Part shown: positions 13,012 through 26,545 of the stretch, in pieces | Numbering within the stretch: position 1 is the stretch's first letter | Layout of the letters: every line of letters begins with the position of its first letter | Assembly: GCF_964355755.1 (NCBI RefSeq) | Contig: NC_092677.1 | Coordinates: forward strand, 18,560,101 to 18,624,100 | Direction: 5' to 3' | Length of the DNA stretch: 64,000 nucleotides | Source: Antedon mediterranea | Lineage: Eukaryota; Animalia; Echinodermata | Program-made: the position numbers and the translations under genes | The notes under the pieces: generated by a model | Database searches by the model: none | Seen by the model: the letters and a program-made list of their open reading frames with translations, nothing else | What the model was told of the DNA's origin: nothing

Positions 13012-16000
13012 TAGCTCCCCCCTAGCTCTTAGCCGCTAGGTGAGAGCGATAGAAAAAATAAGTTCATAAAGTTAGTAAAAAGTATTCAGGTACAGTCATG
13101 CTCATTGAATTTTTGTGGCCAATGTACGTGTCGTCCAGAGCGAGTTTGGCGGGGTGGCGACGGTGCGATTGCAATGTGCGTCTCTGTCGTATGATGTTGC
13201 TGCCTGACTAGGTCCGTAGAATTAGTTTGATCCGTATCTAAGTAAGCCGGTTTCAGTCTATCGAGACTTACTGTGTCCTGTTTTCCTGCTAGTTGTACAA
13301 CGAAAACTTTGTCGCTCCTGCTAACAACTTTAAACGGGCCATTGTAAGGGCACTGTAGAGGCTTGCGGACTTTATCACAGCGAATGAAAACGTGTGTACA
13401 CTTAGCTAAATCTGTATGTACGTGTACCTTACGAGAATTGTGTCGCGTCGGTGTTGGACGTATGTTTTGCATAATGCGCTGCAGTCGATGAATATAGTTA
13501 CTAGGGTCCAAGTCAGCATTAGTGGAAGAAGGCGTAACAAACTGCCCTGGCAAACGTAACGTGGTGCCGAAAACTAATTCTGCTGATGATAGCCCCAAGT
13601 CTTCCTTGACCACCGTGCGAAGACCAAGAAGTACTAGCGGTAAAGCATCTGACCATAGCTGAGGGTCGTCGAGGGCCTTAAGCGAACCTTTGAGTTGGCG
13701 ATGGAACCTTTCTACTAATCCATTTGCTATTGGGTGGTATGATGTAGTGTGTATGCGTTTCGTACCCAGTAAGTTCACTAGCGCATTAAACAGCGATGAT
13801 TCAAACTGGCTGCCACGATCGGTAGTAATGGTCGATGGTGCCCCAAACATGGACACCCATTTACAAACGAAAGCTTTAGCGACGGTTGCTGCCGAAATAT
13901 CGGGAATAGGTATGGCTTCTGCCCATCTCGTAAAACGGTCAATGCATGTCAATAGGTAGCTGTTGCCATCAGACGGTGGAAGCGGACCAACAAGGTCGAT
14001 GTGGACATGATCGAAACGCGCGTCTGGTGTGGCAAAAGTTCCCAGCGGTGTAATAGTGTGGCGATGTACTTTTGCCTTTTGACACTGAACACAACACGTC
14101 TCGATTCATGCTAGGCCAAACGTATCGAGTACTCACTAACTTCAATGTAGCCCTAATTCCAGGATGCGATAGTGAATGTAACGAATCGAAAACGGCCCTG
14201 CGCAACTCCTTAGGGACGAAAGGTCGAGGAGTGCCCGTACTTATGTCACATACGATAGTTCCATCACTGGTGGCTATTGGTGCGTCATGTAAATCAAAAG
14301 TTGATTCCTGCAAATGACGAAGTAACTCCTCATCATTCTTCTGCTGCTCGGCCATGACTGTGAAGTCAATGACATCTGACGACTTCGCAGTAAGGACAGG
14401 TGTGTTAAAGGTGTTAAGATTGATGCGAGATAATGCGTCTGCAACTTCGTTTTGCGAACCCTTAACGTGTCGGACATCGGTGGTAAATTGTGAGATGTAA
14501 TCTAGGTGACGAATCTCTCGAGGTGAGTAGCGGTCCGAGCTTGCTTTCAGTGCAAATGTGAGCGGTTTGTGGTCTGTGAGGATGAAAAATTCCCTTGCTT
14601 CAAGCAAATGACGAAAATGTCGGATTGCAAGGTAAGCGGCTAACAGTTCTCGTCCGAATGTGCTGTACCTTGTTTCAGCTGGATTCATTCTGCGCGAGAA
14701 GAATGCGATAGGATGCCAGACGTCTTTTACCATCTGTTGTAGCACACCACCAACCGCAAAGTTAGATGCATCAACCATTAAACATAATGTGGCGGATGAA
14801 TCGGGATGTTCCAGATAAGTTGCCTCTGCAAGTGCTACCTTAACAGCCTCAAAGGCCGTAATCGCCGTCGGTGGTAATGTAATTGATTTTCGAGGTTTAC
14901 CTGCCAGTAAATCAGTCAACGGATGAACTATATCTGAACATCGAGGAATAAAACGCCTGTAGAAGTTGAATAATCCTAAGAATTCACGCAGTTTACGGAC
15001 TGTGTCAGGTACAGGAAATGTTTCGATAGCTTCTATCTTGGAACGTAGTGGTCGGATACCCATGTCATCGATATGATGTCCCAGAAATGTCAAAGACGAA
15101 ACTCCCCATTCACATTTGACAGGATTAACTACAATACCAAATTCTTCAAGACGGTCGAACAACAACTTGAGGTGAATTTTGTGTTCTTGTTCGTCATTGC
15201 TGGCTATGAGAAGATCGTCGATGTATGCGTATACAAAATCCAAACCACGTAAAACTTTATCGATGAACCGCTGGAATGTCTGTGCTGCGTTTCTAAGTCC
15301 AAACGGCATTCTTAAAAATTCGAACATCCCAAATGGTGTCGTTATTGCGGTTTTCGGCACATCTTCTGGTGCAACAGGTATCTGGTGATAGGCTCGTACC
15401 AGGTCAATCTTAGAGAAAACTTTCTTTCCCTGAAGCGTAGCTGTGAAATCGTGAATATGAGGGATTGGATATCTATCCGGAACTGTAGCATTATTGAGGG
15501 CTCTGTAGTCTCCACATGGTCTCCAATCACCTTCTGTTTGCTTCACAACCATGTGAAGCGGCGAAGACCAGCAACTTTTTGACGGTTGAATAATGCCCAG
15601 CTGAAGAAGCATATGGTCGAACTCAGCTCGTGCGATCTTGAGTTTCTGTGGAGCCAATCTCCGAGGTCGGGCAGCAGCGATCGATGGACCTTTGGTAGTT
15701 ATACGATGAGTGACATCATGCTTTAGTTTGGCCTCTTTGAAACTCGGACGTGTAATTTTGGGAAAATATTTGCCTAGTATTGATTCATAACGTGAATCAA
15801 TCACAGGTCGAGGCAAAACAGGACTAAGCGAGCAGAGCTTAGATGCAGTACCTTGCACACTTAAATTAGTAGTAGAATCAATTAACTTGCGGTGTTTAAC
15901 ATCGACTAACAAACCAAAATGTTGTAGAAAGTCTGCGCCGACAATTGCTGAGGGAACATCGGCTATAGTAAACACCCATCTGCATGTCCGTCTAAAACCA

Positions 16001-17335
16001 AAATCAAGTGTTAAAGAAAGTTCACCATAGGTGTTGATTTGAGAGTTGTTAATTTAACTGCTTGCAAAACAAAATCACTTTTTCGCTGTTGACGGTCTTG
16101 TTTTGTTGCAGGAAGGACGCTAATCTCGGCTCCTGTATCTACTAAAAACTTTAGTCCAGTATCTCTATCATAAATGTGAAATAAGCGACTATCAGAAACG
16201 GTGCCGGACGAATTCGTCGCAGTTATTCGCCGGCTTTGGAGTTTTCCAAAGTTGGGAAACTGCATGGCGACCTGCACCTACGTGCTGCCTTGCCAAACTG
16301 GGTGTGATACCAGCACTGCTCTGAGTCATTTTCATTGGTTTGTGTTCGTTTAGCACTGGAAGAACGGTTCCGATTTCGGCCTCTGCTTCTGCTCTTATCC
16401 CGATGTTGATCGTTTGCCAAGGATGATACCATTGCGGTCAACTTGTTAATTTCAGCTCGTAGCGTTTGAATTTCGTTTCGGTCGGCGTTAGCACTTGTGG
16501 GGTTAGAGATTGCGGCTACTCTGGGTTGGCTGGGAGACACCTCTAAAATTCTGTCGGCTAATTCCGCTATCTGAGCGACGGTAACGTTTCCGCCTGTTGC
16601 GGCTAAAATCAGTTACACGTTATTGGGCAATCGCTGAATGAACAACTGTTTCAAGATCGAATCCTCTAATGTGCGGCTGCCTAACAACTGATACATTTTG
16701 CGCAATAGTTGTGTTGGTTTTCTGTCACCCAATTCCTCCGTAGTGATCAGTTGGTGCAACCGTTTCTTCTCCGAATCGGAGGTCCGCTTAATTAACTCTT
16801 CCTTTAACTTGCTGTATGGACCCTCAGCAGGAGGAGCTAAGAGCAGATCACGTACCTCCTGGACGATCGAAGGCTATAACGACGCCACGATATAGGCAAA
16901 TTTCGTAGCTTCCGTGGTAATATTGCGAGTTGCGAACTGCGCTTCTTGGGCAAACCATATCGCGGGATCGTTAGCCCAAAATGGTGGTAGCTTGAGGGTA
17001 TATGCCGCTAACGGTAATGCGCGTTGCGTGGCGACTGGTACCCCAGCATCACCTCCCGCTTGATCCACAGCAACTGCTGCTTCGGCTGGAGGAGGATCTT
17101 CCATTTTCGCCTCAAAAAATTAATAATTGTTTTAGGCCTACCTTATAATTAAAAGTAAACTGTGTAACAGAAATGTTTTCAAAAATAGTTGTACGTAGTA
17201 CTATATATATAGTACGATCAATGCTGTTTGCTGCCTCGTATACAGGATAGGCTTAGATAGGCCGAGTATCGCTAATAGTACAAATGTTACATACAAGAAG
17301 TACAGCCTACAGATGAATACTCCACTAGTCCATAC

Positions 17336-17355
17336 GAATCACGTCGGGGTCGCCA
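17336..17355 (-). other. Primer binding site complementary to the tRNA-Trp 3' end
   Basis: Minus strand TGGCGACCCCGACGTGATTC, one base from the LTR. One mismatch from the classic Trp PBS TGGTGACCCCGACGTGAT. Confidence 0.85.
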
Positions 17356-17356
17356 C

Positions 17357-17859
17357 TTTAGGGAATAAGTAATTCGGTCTTTACTTACCCTATTTAGAAT
17401 ACGGTAATGGAGTATTGTAGCAGTCAAACAATGTCCAAAGCTGGAAGTATCCTAGGCTCGAAGTAAATAAACTATACGGAGTGTAGAAACCACATATCCA
17501 CACGAAGCGCGTACGTACGTGCGCAGTGTAAGGCTAGGCTAGTTCAGGACAATAATATATACAACGGTACAATAATTGAAACACGATAACATACAGTAAC
17601 ACGTAGTAAAATATGTAAAGTTAAAACGCTAAATATCAAAATGTAATAGTGCTAATAATTAGGACAAACTAATTATTATTGTAAAACTTGTATTAAAACT
17701 CGCAATGGTTTGCTCATAAAATGTCGATGTCTTCTCGTTGAAAACTTGACGCAGAGAGAGAGAGATCGCTCGTTGCGCGTTCGCTATATTTACAACAGCA
17801 ATTTGCATAACTTTACGCGTTGAGCGCACACACGCAAATATGTGTGTGAAGTTCCTACA
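17357..17859 (-). repeat. 5' LTR of the Gypsy element (503 bp)
   Basis: Direct repeat of 12507-13011, adjacent to the PBS. Confidence 0.95.
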
Positions 17860-18149
17860 GAAGAATGGGTCAGGCTTCTATTCCCTGGTGTATATCATGG
17901 GTCGACACCGTTGCCACAGAGGCTATGCCTAGCCTAGGCCTAGGTATAGTCCAGAAAAATAATATAAAAAGCTGGAAATATCCACAGATATCCATCAAAC
18001 TGTCCTCTTCTCTTATTTCTCTCTTACTGTAAACTTAATTTCATTTAGTTCAGGATTTGTGAGATTTTTGGAGATTGTAAGTATTGTAATCAAGACGATT
18101 TTTAATAATCTCATTGGTGTCGAAGATACCGAGCGTACATTTGTTTTAA

Positions 18150-21100
18150 AGATGTATTGACCCCCTGAAAAAAAAAATTTTTTCAATATTTTTGTTGAAT
18201 AGGCCATTTTAATTGCACATAAAAGTTATTCACTTTGACCTCAATTTGGATTGAAAAAAATAATTTTTTACACGGGAAAATCGCAATTTAATGCAAAAAT
18301 TAACCAACCGGAAACTATTTGTCTGGAAGACAAATGTGTTCCGGTTTAATTTAACCCTTGACCTGAGTTAGCTCATAAATATTCATATTGTATGGATACA
18401 TCGTGTGGATGATGATGCTTTCCAAATCAACAGCCAACAACGATAGCAATGCATGCGTGCGAGAGAGTCGAGTAGTGATGCGAGACGAATCTTGAAGAAA
18501 ACACGAAAACTATAGCTAGCAAAATGCTAAGTTAGAATTATAGTTGGTAACTTTGATGTTGAATCTTATTCATTTAGGTGAGTTTTTGTTTCGCTAACAG
18601 GAGAGGCCTAGCTAGGCCTAGGCCCGAATTTGCTGCTACTGTACTACTAGGGCGCGTTTATACAACACGCTATTACACGCATATTCTACACGCCTACGAG
18701 AAGTGTGTTGTATAACAACAAAGAGATTCCGTGTAATGAGATTTTAATTGCAAAAAAGGCTACTTGGCTGAATCCTAAAATTTGGTGGATTCCCGGTCGC
18801 CGTTACCGTGTTGGAAGTGTCCTCAGGGTATATTTTGACCTCTCGTTAAAACAGGTCGTAATATCAATCATGTCATGCGACGTCTAACAAGATTGGGCCC
18901 ATTTATTGCTGCTTCGCTGCCAGCAATCATCCTCCTACCACGTCTTACGCCTAGCCTGGTTGGGCCAACTCGTAGTGGTAGTAGGCCTCTATAGACTATC
19001 GTTTCCTACTCCAAACAGAATAAAAAATAACATCGCAAAAATGGCATCTTCTTCCATAGTGTATAGATGAAATAATGAAACCCTTAAAATAACTTTTATT
19101 AATTTAAATGAACCGAGAACAAAATAAACAACAATGCAAACGTGAACGAATACAATAATGAAAATGGTAAAAACCGCGCGAATACATCGGACAGCGAGGA
19201 GGCGACGATGATTGTTGACAACCCAGCCAACAATTCAATTCAAGCGATCAACGATTTGACCTTTTATCCTAGCATGCACTGCGTGTTGATGAAACTTCCG
19301 GTACAACACGGTATCGTGATTTCTAGTATAACAGCAAACGTTAAGGTGGGTTGACCTCGGTCCGAACAACACGCTAAAAATTAAAGCCGTGTTCAAATTT
19401 AGGGTGTTGTATAAACACGACCCTAGTCTACTACTACTACTACTAGCACTGACAGTCTCGAGTAGCCTAACTGCTGCCTACTTCTGTCTCTAGAAGTAGA
19501 GTGTAGTAGGCCTAGGCAGTACACTGCTAGCTAGGACTACAGTAGACCACAACCAGAAGGGATGTATTTTTGTTTCTATCATGATGAATTGGTTTAATTT
19601 TTAAAGATTTCAACAATCTATTCGGCAGTGAAAATTTAAAAAAAAAAGAAAATCTAAATATTGTTTTGGATGTTTTACTGATGCAATATTTTAAAAATAT
19701 TTTCTGTATCAAATGCAATAGGTTCAAATTAACATTCCGCAAATAAACATTTTATGCAGATATTTTGACACAAATTTCTTTTTTTTTTAGGTTGATTGAT
19801 TGAACAATAAGAGCAAGTAGTGAGAAACATAAAATGTATCGTACAGTGGCAACATTCACAGTTTATTGAAACGTTTCTTACTATTAAAATGACACTTTGT
19901 AATGGATGTGAGCGATCTTAGAAGACTATAGCTGTCGTAATTACTGCCACAATCAACACATTGATAATTAGTAGACAAATTGACACAAAAAACAATACAG
20001 GAATTCAATAAGATATACTGTATATATATATTTTATTAACTCCTTTTGCACTGTAATATTTACAGTAAAATTATGAAGTGTAAGTAAATTTGAAGAATTT
20101 ATCCTGTGTACTGTTGTAGTAGTTGTTTTTTTATTTATTGAATGTTATGTTTACAAAATAATATACTGTACATATAATACAAAAAAAATTATACAATATT
20201 TTACAAGCTGGACAAGAACATATTGGCCGAATGCAGCAGGAGAGTCAGAAATATTTTTCCTGCAATATCCAATCATATTCCAATACCGAGTCTATCATTG
20301 TTGTCTTTGGGTGACCTCTGTTCCAGTCTTCATCAGCTCAACGTCTTTAAAAAAAGTAAAAGCAAAGTATGAAAATCTGGAAAAAATAGATCATGCATAT
20401 TTAGTGCAAAATTGGGTTAGTGAAATTGCTTACTTTGACATAGTCAAATAAGTATACTACCTTTCTATGGTAATTAAAACACATTACTTATAATGTTATA
20501 ACTTATAAAAAGAGAAAATAAATATTTGACTTACTACAGTACAGAGAACATTTGTTTGTGTTGTAAAATGGCTAAGCTGGCTTTTCCCCTCTGTCTACTT
20601 GTACAGTGCTGCTGGAAGGTTCTCAATTTCAGGCTTGTATTGCAACCATTTTCCCTGAAAAATGTTTGTTTTATTTTTATCATAAAAATTAGTTAAACAA
20701 GCTTCAACTGTAAATATATATGGTACAGCAAGCTGGCTGTATTTTCGGAATGTAGCTAAGATTGATGGCATATAGCCTAGGCCAGTCTATGAAGAGTACA
20801 ATGTATAGGGCCTAGCTGGGCATCTTCTGCAGGGACCCGATTGTCACAGTCTGCTTGCTACTAGCCTATGCAGCAGCATGTATTAATTATTCTAGGCCTA
20901 GCCCTGAACTGAAAAAATCCCAGGCTAAGTTAATTAATTTACCTTCCTGTTATTATTGCGTTATATATATTATTATATTTTTTTTAAATAACCGTCTAGG
21001 CCTACTTACCGACAAATTAACAGCTCAGCTTTACATATTTATACGATCAGGCCAGGGAAACCCACAGCAGTCGAGTCGCGTCGATCTCTGGTGGTGTTGT

Positions 21101-21382
21101 TGTATCAACGTGCATCGTCCATTGTTAGATCAGATCTCTGCTGTGTGGATGCTCATTAACATATCATGCATATGTATGAGTTAGCTCTACCGGCCTAATT
21201 TCTGAGCCGATGAGTTCGAAAAAATGGTAAACTTATTTTGATTTTTTTTATAAGCGAAATCAATATTTTTTTCGGATTTTTTTTCGGTGAAAGTGAATAA
21301 CTTTATGTTAACTACAAAACGGTCTATTGAAAATTTGATTTTTTTCATCTTTATTTTTCATTTTTTGGGGGACAATACATCT
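18150..21382. mobile_element. Non-autonomous Kolobok-like DNA transposon
   Basis: TTAA on both sides (18146-18149, 21383-21386). TIRs AGATGTATTGACCCCC and AGATGTATTGTCCCCC, with extended imperfect subterminal IR including CATAAA(A)GTTATTCACTTT. A TTAA TSD with RR..YY ends fits Kolobok. No transposase ORF. Confidence 0.75.
18650..19423. mobile_element. MITE nested in the Kolobok-like element
   Basis: TIRs GGGCGCGTTTATACAACAC and GGGTCGTGTTTATACAACAC, flanked by TA, within a (CTA)n-rich tract. Confidence 0.7.
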
Positions 21383-21613
21383 TTAAGAGTTGACACAGAA
21401 ACATTTTTACACGTTTGTATCAAGGTTATCTGCAAATCGAGTATTAGTTATAGCCTACTTAGTTAATTAAATGCATATAATGGCAGGTTTACATCTTTCA
21501 TACCCGGCTAACTTCTCTACCAGTACAACCGCAGTGTGTTTTAACCTAAAGTATAAAACATGTTGTAGACTTATATAATATCAAAATGAAACATTGTTTT
21601 TTGTTCTTTCCAG

Positions 21614-21874
21614 ATAAAGAACTTCCAAATATTATATGTCCTGATAATATAACAAAGGAAACAGATCCTGGAATAGCCTTGACATTAGTAACTTGGAATG
21701 TACCTGTACCAACTGATAATGTAGCAATTTTGCCAACCAGCGCAGTGGCTATTCCTCTCGTTTCTCCTCCTGTAAATATTTATATTACTGGTAATGCAGC
21801 ATATGAGCAAGCTTACACAGCAGAAGATACTTCAGGGAACATTGCTTCCTGTACATTCTATATCACGGTTGAAG
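21614..21874 (+). CDS. Gene 1 HYR exon h
   Basis: 261 nt, CAG/GT. Reads DKELPNIICPDNI...VTWNVPVPTDN...DTSGNIASCTFYITVE. Confidence 0.9.
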
Positions 21875-22413
21875 GTACTGTACATTCTTCAGTTTCTGAA
21901 TCTCATGGTTTACACTATTGTTTTAGAAAAACATGAGTATGTTGAAATCGACATCTTACAAGTATTAATATGTTAAAATTTACCAGGGATGACGTTGAAT
22001 TGTTGCATTAAAATATACATTGGGTAATGGTAATATCTGTCAATCATGTGAGAGGTTTGGGTTCAAAACCGTTACCATTTGCTTGTATCTCCAGTCAATG
22101 TTCTATACTCATTGCCTCGTATCTCGTGCTTGATCCGTGTGTGTAAATTCTTCGTGGTACCATAAACGGTATGGTACATGATTAAAAAACCTATGGGATT
22201 ATCTTCCATTTTGCTGATCGTGGTCCTATACACTAAGCCAACTGCGAGAGCAGTCTTTTACCGAAGAGGTCACCTCTGAATACACGATAGACAAGTCAGC
22301 AAAAGTGAGATTTCTGTGGATACAATTTTAAAATAATCTGATTGCTGGTACAAAAGAAAAAAGAAATTCCAATAAATAATTCTCAACATTGTGTATAAAT
22401 ATTTTCTTAACAG

Positions 22414-22658
22414 ATAAAGAACCACCTGTGATTACTGACTGTCCTCCGGATATGAATTTTTTTTAATTATTTATTTTTTTGAATTTAATACTGCTACATG
22501 GACAGAACCAACGGCAGAAGATAATGCAGGAACTCCAAAACTTGTAACAACACACAGTAGTGGAAGCAAGTTTTACACAGGTGACACGATTGTAACATAC
22601 ACAGCCGAAGATGGTTTTATGAATACTGCTACGTGTAATTTTACAATAAATGTACAAG
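22414..22658 (+). pseudogene. Gene 1 HYR exon i, frameshifted
   Basis: 245 nt, not a multiple of 3. DKEPPVITDCPPDMNFF is followed by TAA at 22464-22466 inside a T-rich patch. The HYR reading resumes in another frame (ATWTEPTAEDNAG...CNFTINVQ). Confidence 0.85.
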
Positions 22659-23162
22659 GTTAGTGTTAAATTTTAATTAGTTACTACTTCTACTTTTTTT
22701 ATATTTTATATAATTCTTTAAAAAAATATTTCCAAAAACAAAAAACAAACAGGCATCACATAACAATTGTAATAAGATATAAAATGATGTAAAGAAATAA
22801 TCTGGTATGTCATCTTAAAATTAAAATGAAAAGTTCACAAAAAATGAACACAATCTAAGAGCATGTTATTCTTCTACAAGTGAAAATTAATAATGAATTG
22901 ATGATTAATATGCTTACGATATTACTTTACTTTATTGCCAACAAAAACATAAACAATCATCATTAACAAAAGAAGATAAGATTATTAACTTCATATCCCA
23001 AAATGATGGTTTGATCATTTAAACAAAAGTTATAAATCCTAATATTCTAACGATATCTCATATTGTTATTTATTTTAAGTTATACTCTAATAATAAATGT
23101 TTCATAGTATCACTTTTACAATAGGAGAATGATTTATATATATATATGTATGATTTGTTTAG

Positions 23163-23414
23163 ATATTGAACCACCAGAGGCGTTGAACTGCCCAGATAAT
23201 GATACCTATAGTACAGACCCTGGAGTTCCTTACAAAAAGACATTAATTGGACAGTACCTGTATTCCAGGATAATGTACCTGGGCTCTTAGATTTACAGCA
23301 GTAATATAAATCCGTCATCAAATACATTTCAACTTGGAACTACAATGGTGACGTATGAATCTACAGACACATCAATGAACACTGGGTATTGTATTTTCTA
23401 AATAACAGTCATTG
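23163..23414 (+). pseudogene. Gene 1 HYR exon j, two frameshifts plus a stop
   Basis: DIEPPEALNCPDN...TDPG, then a shift in the A-run at ~23234-23240, a second shift at ~23295, and an in-frame TAA at 23399-23401. Confidence 0.85.
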
Positions 23415-23617
23415 GTAAAAAATTACATTGCTATATTTTTAAAATCCCTCCTCACTCCATTATGACCGCTATATTGGAGCCAAGATGGCGGATAATGGCC
23501 AAATGTCATACAAAAATTCCCAGTACAATTGCGGTCATTTTGATACCCATGTGCGTGCAGTGTGAACATGTGTATAATGAACAAATGTACAAAATCTCTC
23601 TTCTTTTATAATAATAG

Positions 23618-26545
23618 ATGATGAAAACCCACAAATATCCTGTCCTGACAATTGGAATATCCATGCTGGTGACGGGTCATCTGTAGCGGTGGTCAAATGG
23701 TCACTGAATATCATCGATAACACCGATGACTTACGAGTGTCTGGGACCGGTACACAGTACAACCAATCTGGACACGAGTTTCCAATTGGCGTTACAACAT
23801 TAGAGTATGTGGTAACAGATGGATTTGGAAACATGGATAACTGCACTTTTAAAGTAATTGTTATTTTTTTTTTCTCTTTTGTGGCGCAAACACCACTTTT
23901 ATTCACATTCATATTATCTCATATTACATAAAATCGTATTAATTAACTTGTAACATGTTTACATATATGAATTCTGTATTACTCCTTTTTTCATTAATTT
24001 TCTTATATTTTGTTATACACTTGACAGGATCATCATTATCATCTATCCTGTTTTAAAATAGTTCACACATTTTCATTTGTTTGTTTTCATTTTACAACCC
24101 GGATTATACAATATATTTATATACATGATAAAAAAAAAAAACAATAATAGCTCAGTACCACCAGTAACCCGTATCACTGTAATTCTTTTTCGGTTAATCG
24201 TATCAAATTAGAAATTATATTATCATAATCTTATTTCTTAAAGCTACCCATTTTTCTATACTTGTTTCTTTATTGTTATATGTTTCACATTCAATGTTAT
24301 ATAACATATTGCTTTTAAATGAATTCCATAAAGATTTACCCACTGGCTTATTTAGTGCAGATAACATTTTTATTCTATAAATAGTAAATGCTGCAAAAGT
24401 GTAAATATAATCTATTAGCTTATCTCCCGTTCCTAGTATTAATTGTTTAAATGATATATTATTGTGATTTAAACTTACAAAGATACTAAGCATTTTCCTC
24501 CAATATTTCTGAATAAATCTACAACTAAAAAACAAATGATTTTCGTTTTCAATTTCTCCACATTTGTCACACGTTTGTGTTTCCTTAACTTTCCACTGAT
24601 ACAGCCGTTTGTTGGTAGGCAGTATTCTATGTAACATCTTATAATTGAATTGTGCTAGTTTCTTATCTTTCATTTTACATACTTTCCGTAACCAAGAAGT
24701 TTTCCAATCAATGTTGTTATCATTGAAGTACTCTTCCCATTTTAGTTGTGACATTGGAATAATGAAATATTCTTTCACAAACCATGAGTATATTAGTTTG
24801 GTAGTATTAATCTCATACTTGGTCCCAACTAATTCATCATTATCATCACAATTGAAAATATCTACCTCCTTAATAATACGTTTCCATTGAATTGGTATTG
24901 CCTTAATAATGCACAAATACTCATTTAACCAGTTTGTTTTACATTGTAGTTTCACCAGTATTTCGTTTGATGTTAAAAAAGTGTTCTTATTAACAATGTC
25001 TTTAATACTGATAATGCCACTGTCAATCCAATGCTTGTAGAAAAGCGATTTTTTTTTTAGTTTAACGTAGTGGTTTTCCCACAGTTGCTCATTCATTATA
25101 TCGTTATAAGTTTCAGGTTTTTTTTTAGAGATTCTGTTATAATTTATGTAGGCTTTTATCAAAAAACAGTGGAATTTTATCAGAATTAACATCAATAATG
25201 TTATAACATGACATATTAAGTAAAACATTAACATCACATATTTTTTTAATATAATACATTGGAATATTTTTCCATTTAGCACCATCATCATTCTTAATTC
25301 TTTTTAACCAGCCACACATGAGTGCGTTAACATGAAGAGTAAAATCAGGCATTTTAATGCCTCCCATCTCAACATCACCAATTAGAGTTTTTCTTTTTAT
25401 CTTTTCCCTTTTATTGTTCCAAATAAAATTATATATTAGATTTGTAACTTGTGTATATACATATTTTGGAACATCAGTGATATTTGCAGCATATGTTAAT
25501 TTAGATAGTGCAAGACTTTTCAGGATTATTATTCTACCAAAAATTGAGAGATTTCTAGCATTCCATTGTTTTAAAGTCTTTTCTAGCTCTATTAATTTAA
25601 CATCCCAGTTTTTTCTGGTACATTCTTCTGTATTATACCCTACATATATGCCTAAAATTTTGATCGGGTGTTTTACCCAATTTAATTCTAAAGGTCTATC
25701 TATTCTGTTCTTCCATTTACCAATCCAAAAAGCATTGGTTTTTTTTTTATTTAGTGTCATTCCAGATACTTCACAAAAACGTTCAATTACACTGACTGCT
25801 GACTTAATACTTTTGTCATTACCAACATACAAAACAGTATCATCGGCTAATTGGCTTATTCTAGCTTCTATGTTATTTTCATTATTTGGAAGTTTAATAC
25901 CCTTATAGTCATCTTTGTTTCTTATTCTAGATGCCATTACTTCAACCACTAAAATGAATAACAGAGCAGATAGAGGACAACCTTGTCTAATACCTCTTTC
26001 CATTTTAAAATTGTTTGAAACCCAACCATTGTTAACTGTGACACATTCAACGTTATTGTATAATACTTTTACCCAGTTACAAAAGAACATTCCAAAGTTA
26101 AACTTTTCTAGAACATTGAACATAAAATCTCTACTAATAGAGTCAAAAGCCTTCTTAAATCTACGGTAATTATTGCCCCTTCGATATCATTACACTCTGT
26201 ATAATAAAGCAGGTCTTCTATTAACCGAATGTTTTCACCAGCGAAACGGCCTTTTATATAACCTTTTTGGTCTGAACTTACTATTGATTTAATAACCATT
26301 TTAAGTCTGTTACTTATTACATGTGCAAGAATTTTGTAATCGGTGTTTAAGAGGGTAATGGGACGCCAATTATTCAAATTTTCTCTTTCTCCATCCTTGA
26401 ACAAAAGGGTGATTACACCTCGTTTTTGCGAAAAGGATAATTCTTGAGAATTATAACTTTCATTTAACGCATCGCAAATTAAATGTTTAATATTATTCCA
26501 AAAGAACACATAAAATTCAACACTTAGACCAATTAATTGTTATAG
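23618..26545 (+). pseudogene. Gene 1 HYR exon k, split by a LINE insertion (body 23618-23864; last 2 nt at 26544-26545, donor GT at 26546)
   Basis: Reads DDENPQISCPDN...VKW...DGFGNMDNCTFKVIV and then runs into poly-T. The original end ATTGTTATAG|GTACG is found after the LINE. Confidence 0.85.
23865..26533 (-). mobile_element. LINE-C: 5'-truncated L1/Tx1-clade element with poly(A) tail and 10-bp TSD
   Basis: RT motifs NWRPITLLNTDYKI, GIRQGCPLSALLF and LADD. C-terminal CDKC...HLFFSC. TSD TAATTGTTAT at 23855-23864 and 26534-26543. Confidence 0.93.

Larger units (their letters stand above)
12507..17859 (-). mobile_element. Full-length Ty3/Gypsy LTR retrotransposon (gag, PR-RT-RH-INT; several frameshifts)
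   Basis: Two ~504-bp LTRs and a GAAG TSD at 12503-12506 and 17860-17863. Gag has [17 protein letters not shown] and CWYHTQFG..C..PC. Protease FLVDTGAEIS, RT YIDD, RNase H DAS..GGVL, integrase TDRGSQF..GLVERFH and a GPF motif. Confidence 0.97.
9211..18010 (-). mobile_element. LINE-B: single-ORF CR1-group element (PHD-APE-RT), decayed, interrupted in its 5' UTR by the Gypsy element
   Basis: AATAAA plus (GAATAT)n tail at 9211-9235. RT 9794..10810 has DWSKAFD, SQGSVLGP and YADD. APE 11209..12216 has YNARS, TETWL, GDFN and SDH. PHD at ~12285-12445. Putative 5' UTR remainder at 17864-~18010, boundary uncertain. Confidence 0.88.

Noticed and set aside
22025-22290. Possible old tRNA-derived SINE (GGGTTCAAAACC B-box-like)
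   Set aside because: Too degenerate to bound or classify without a search.
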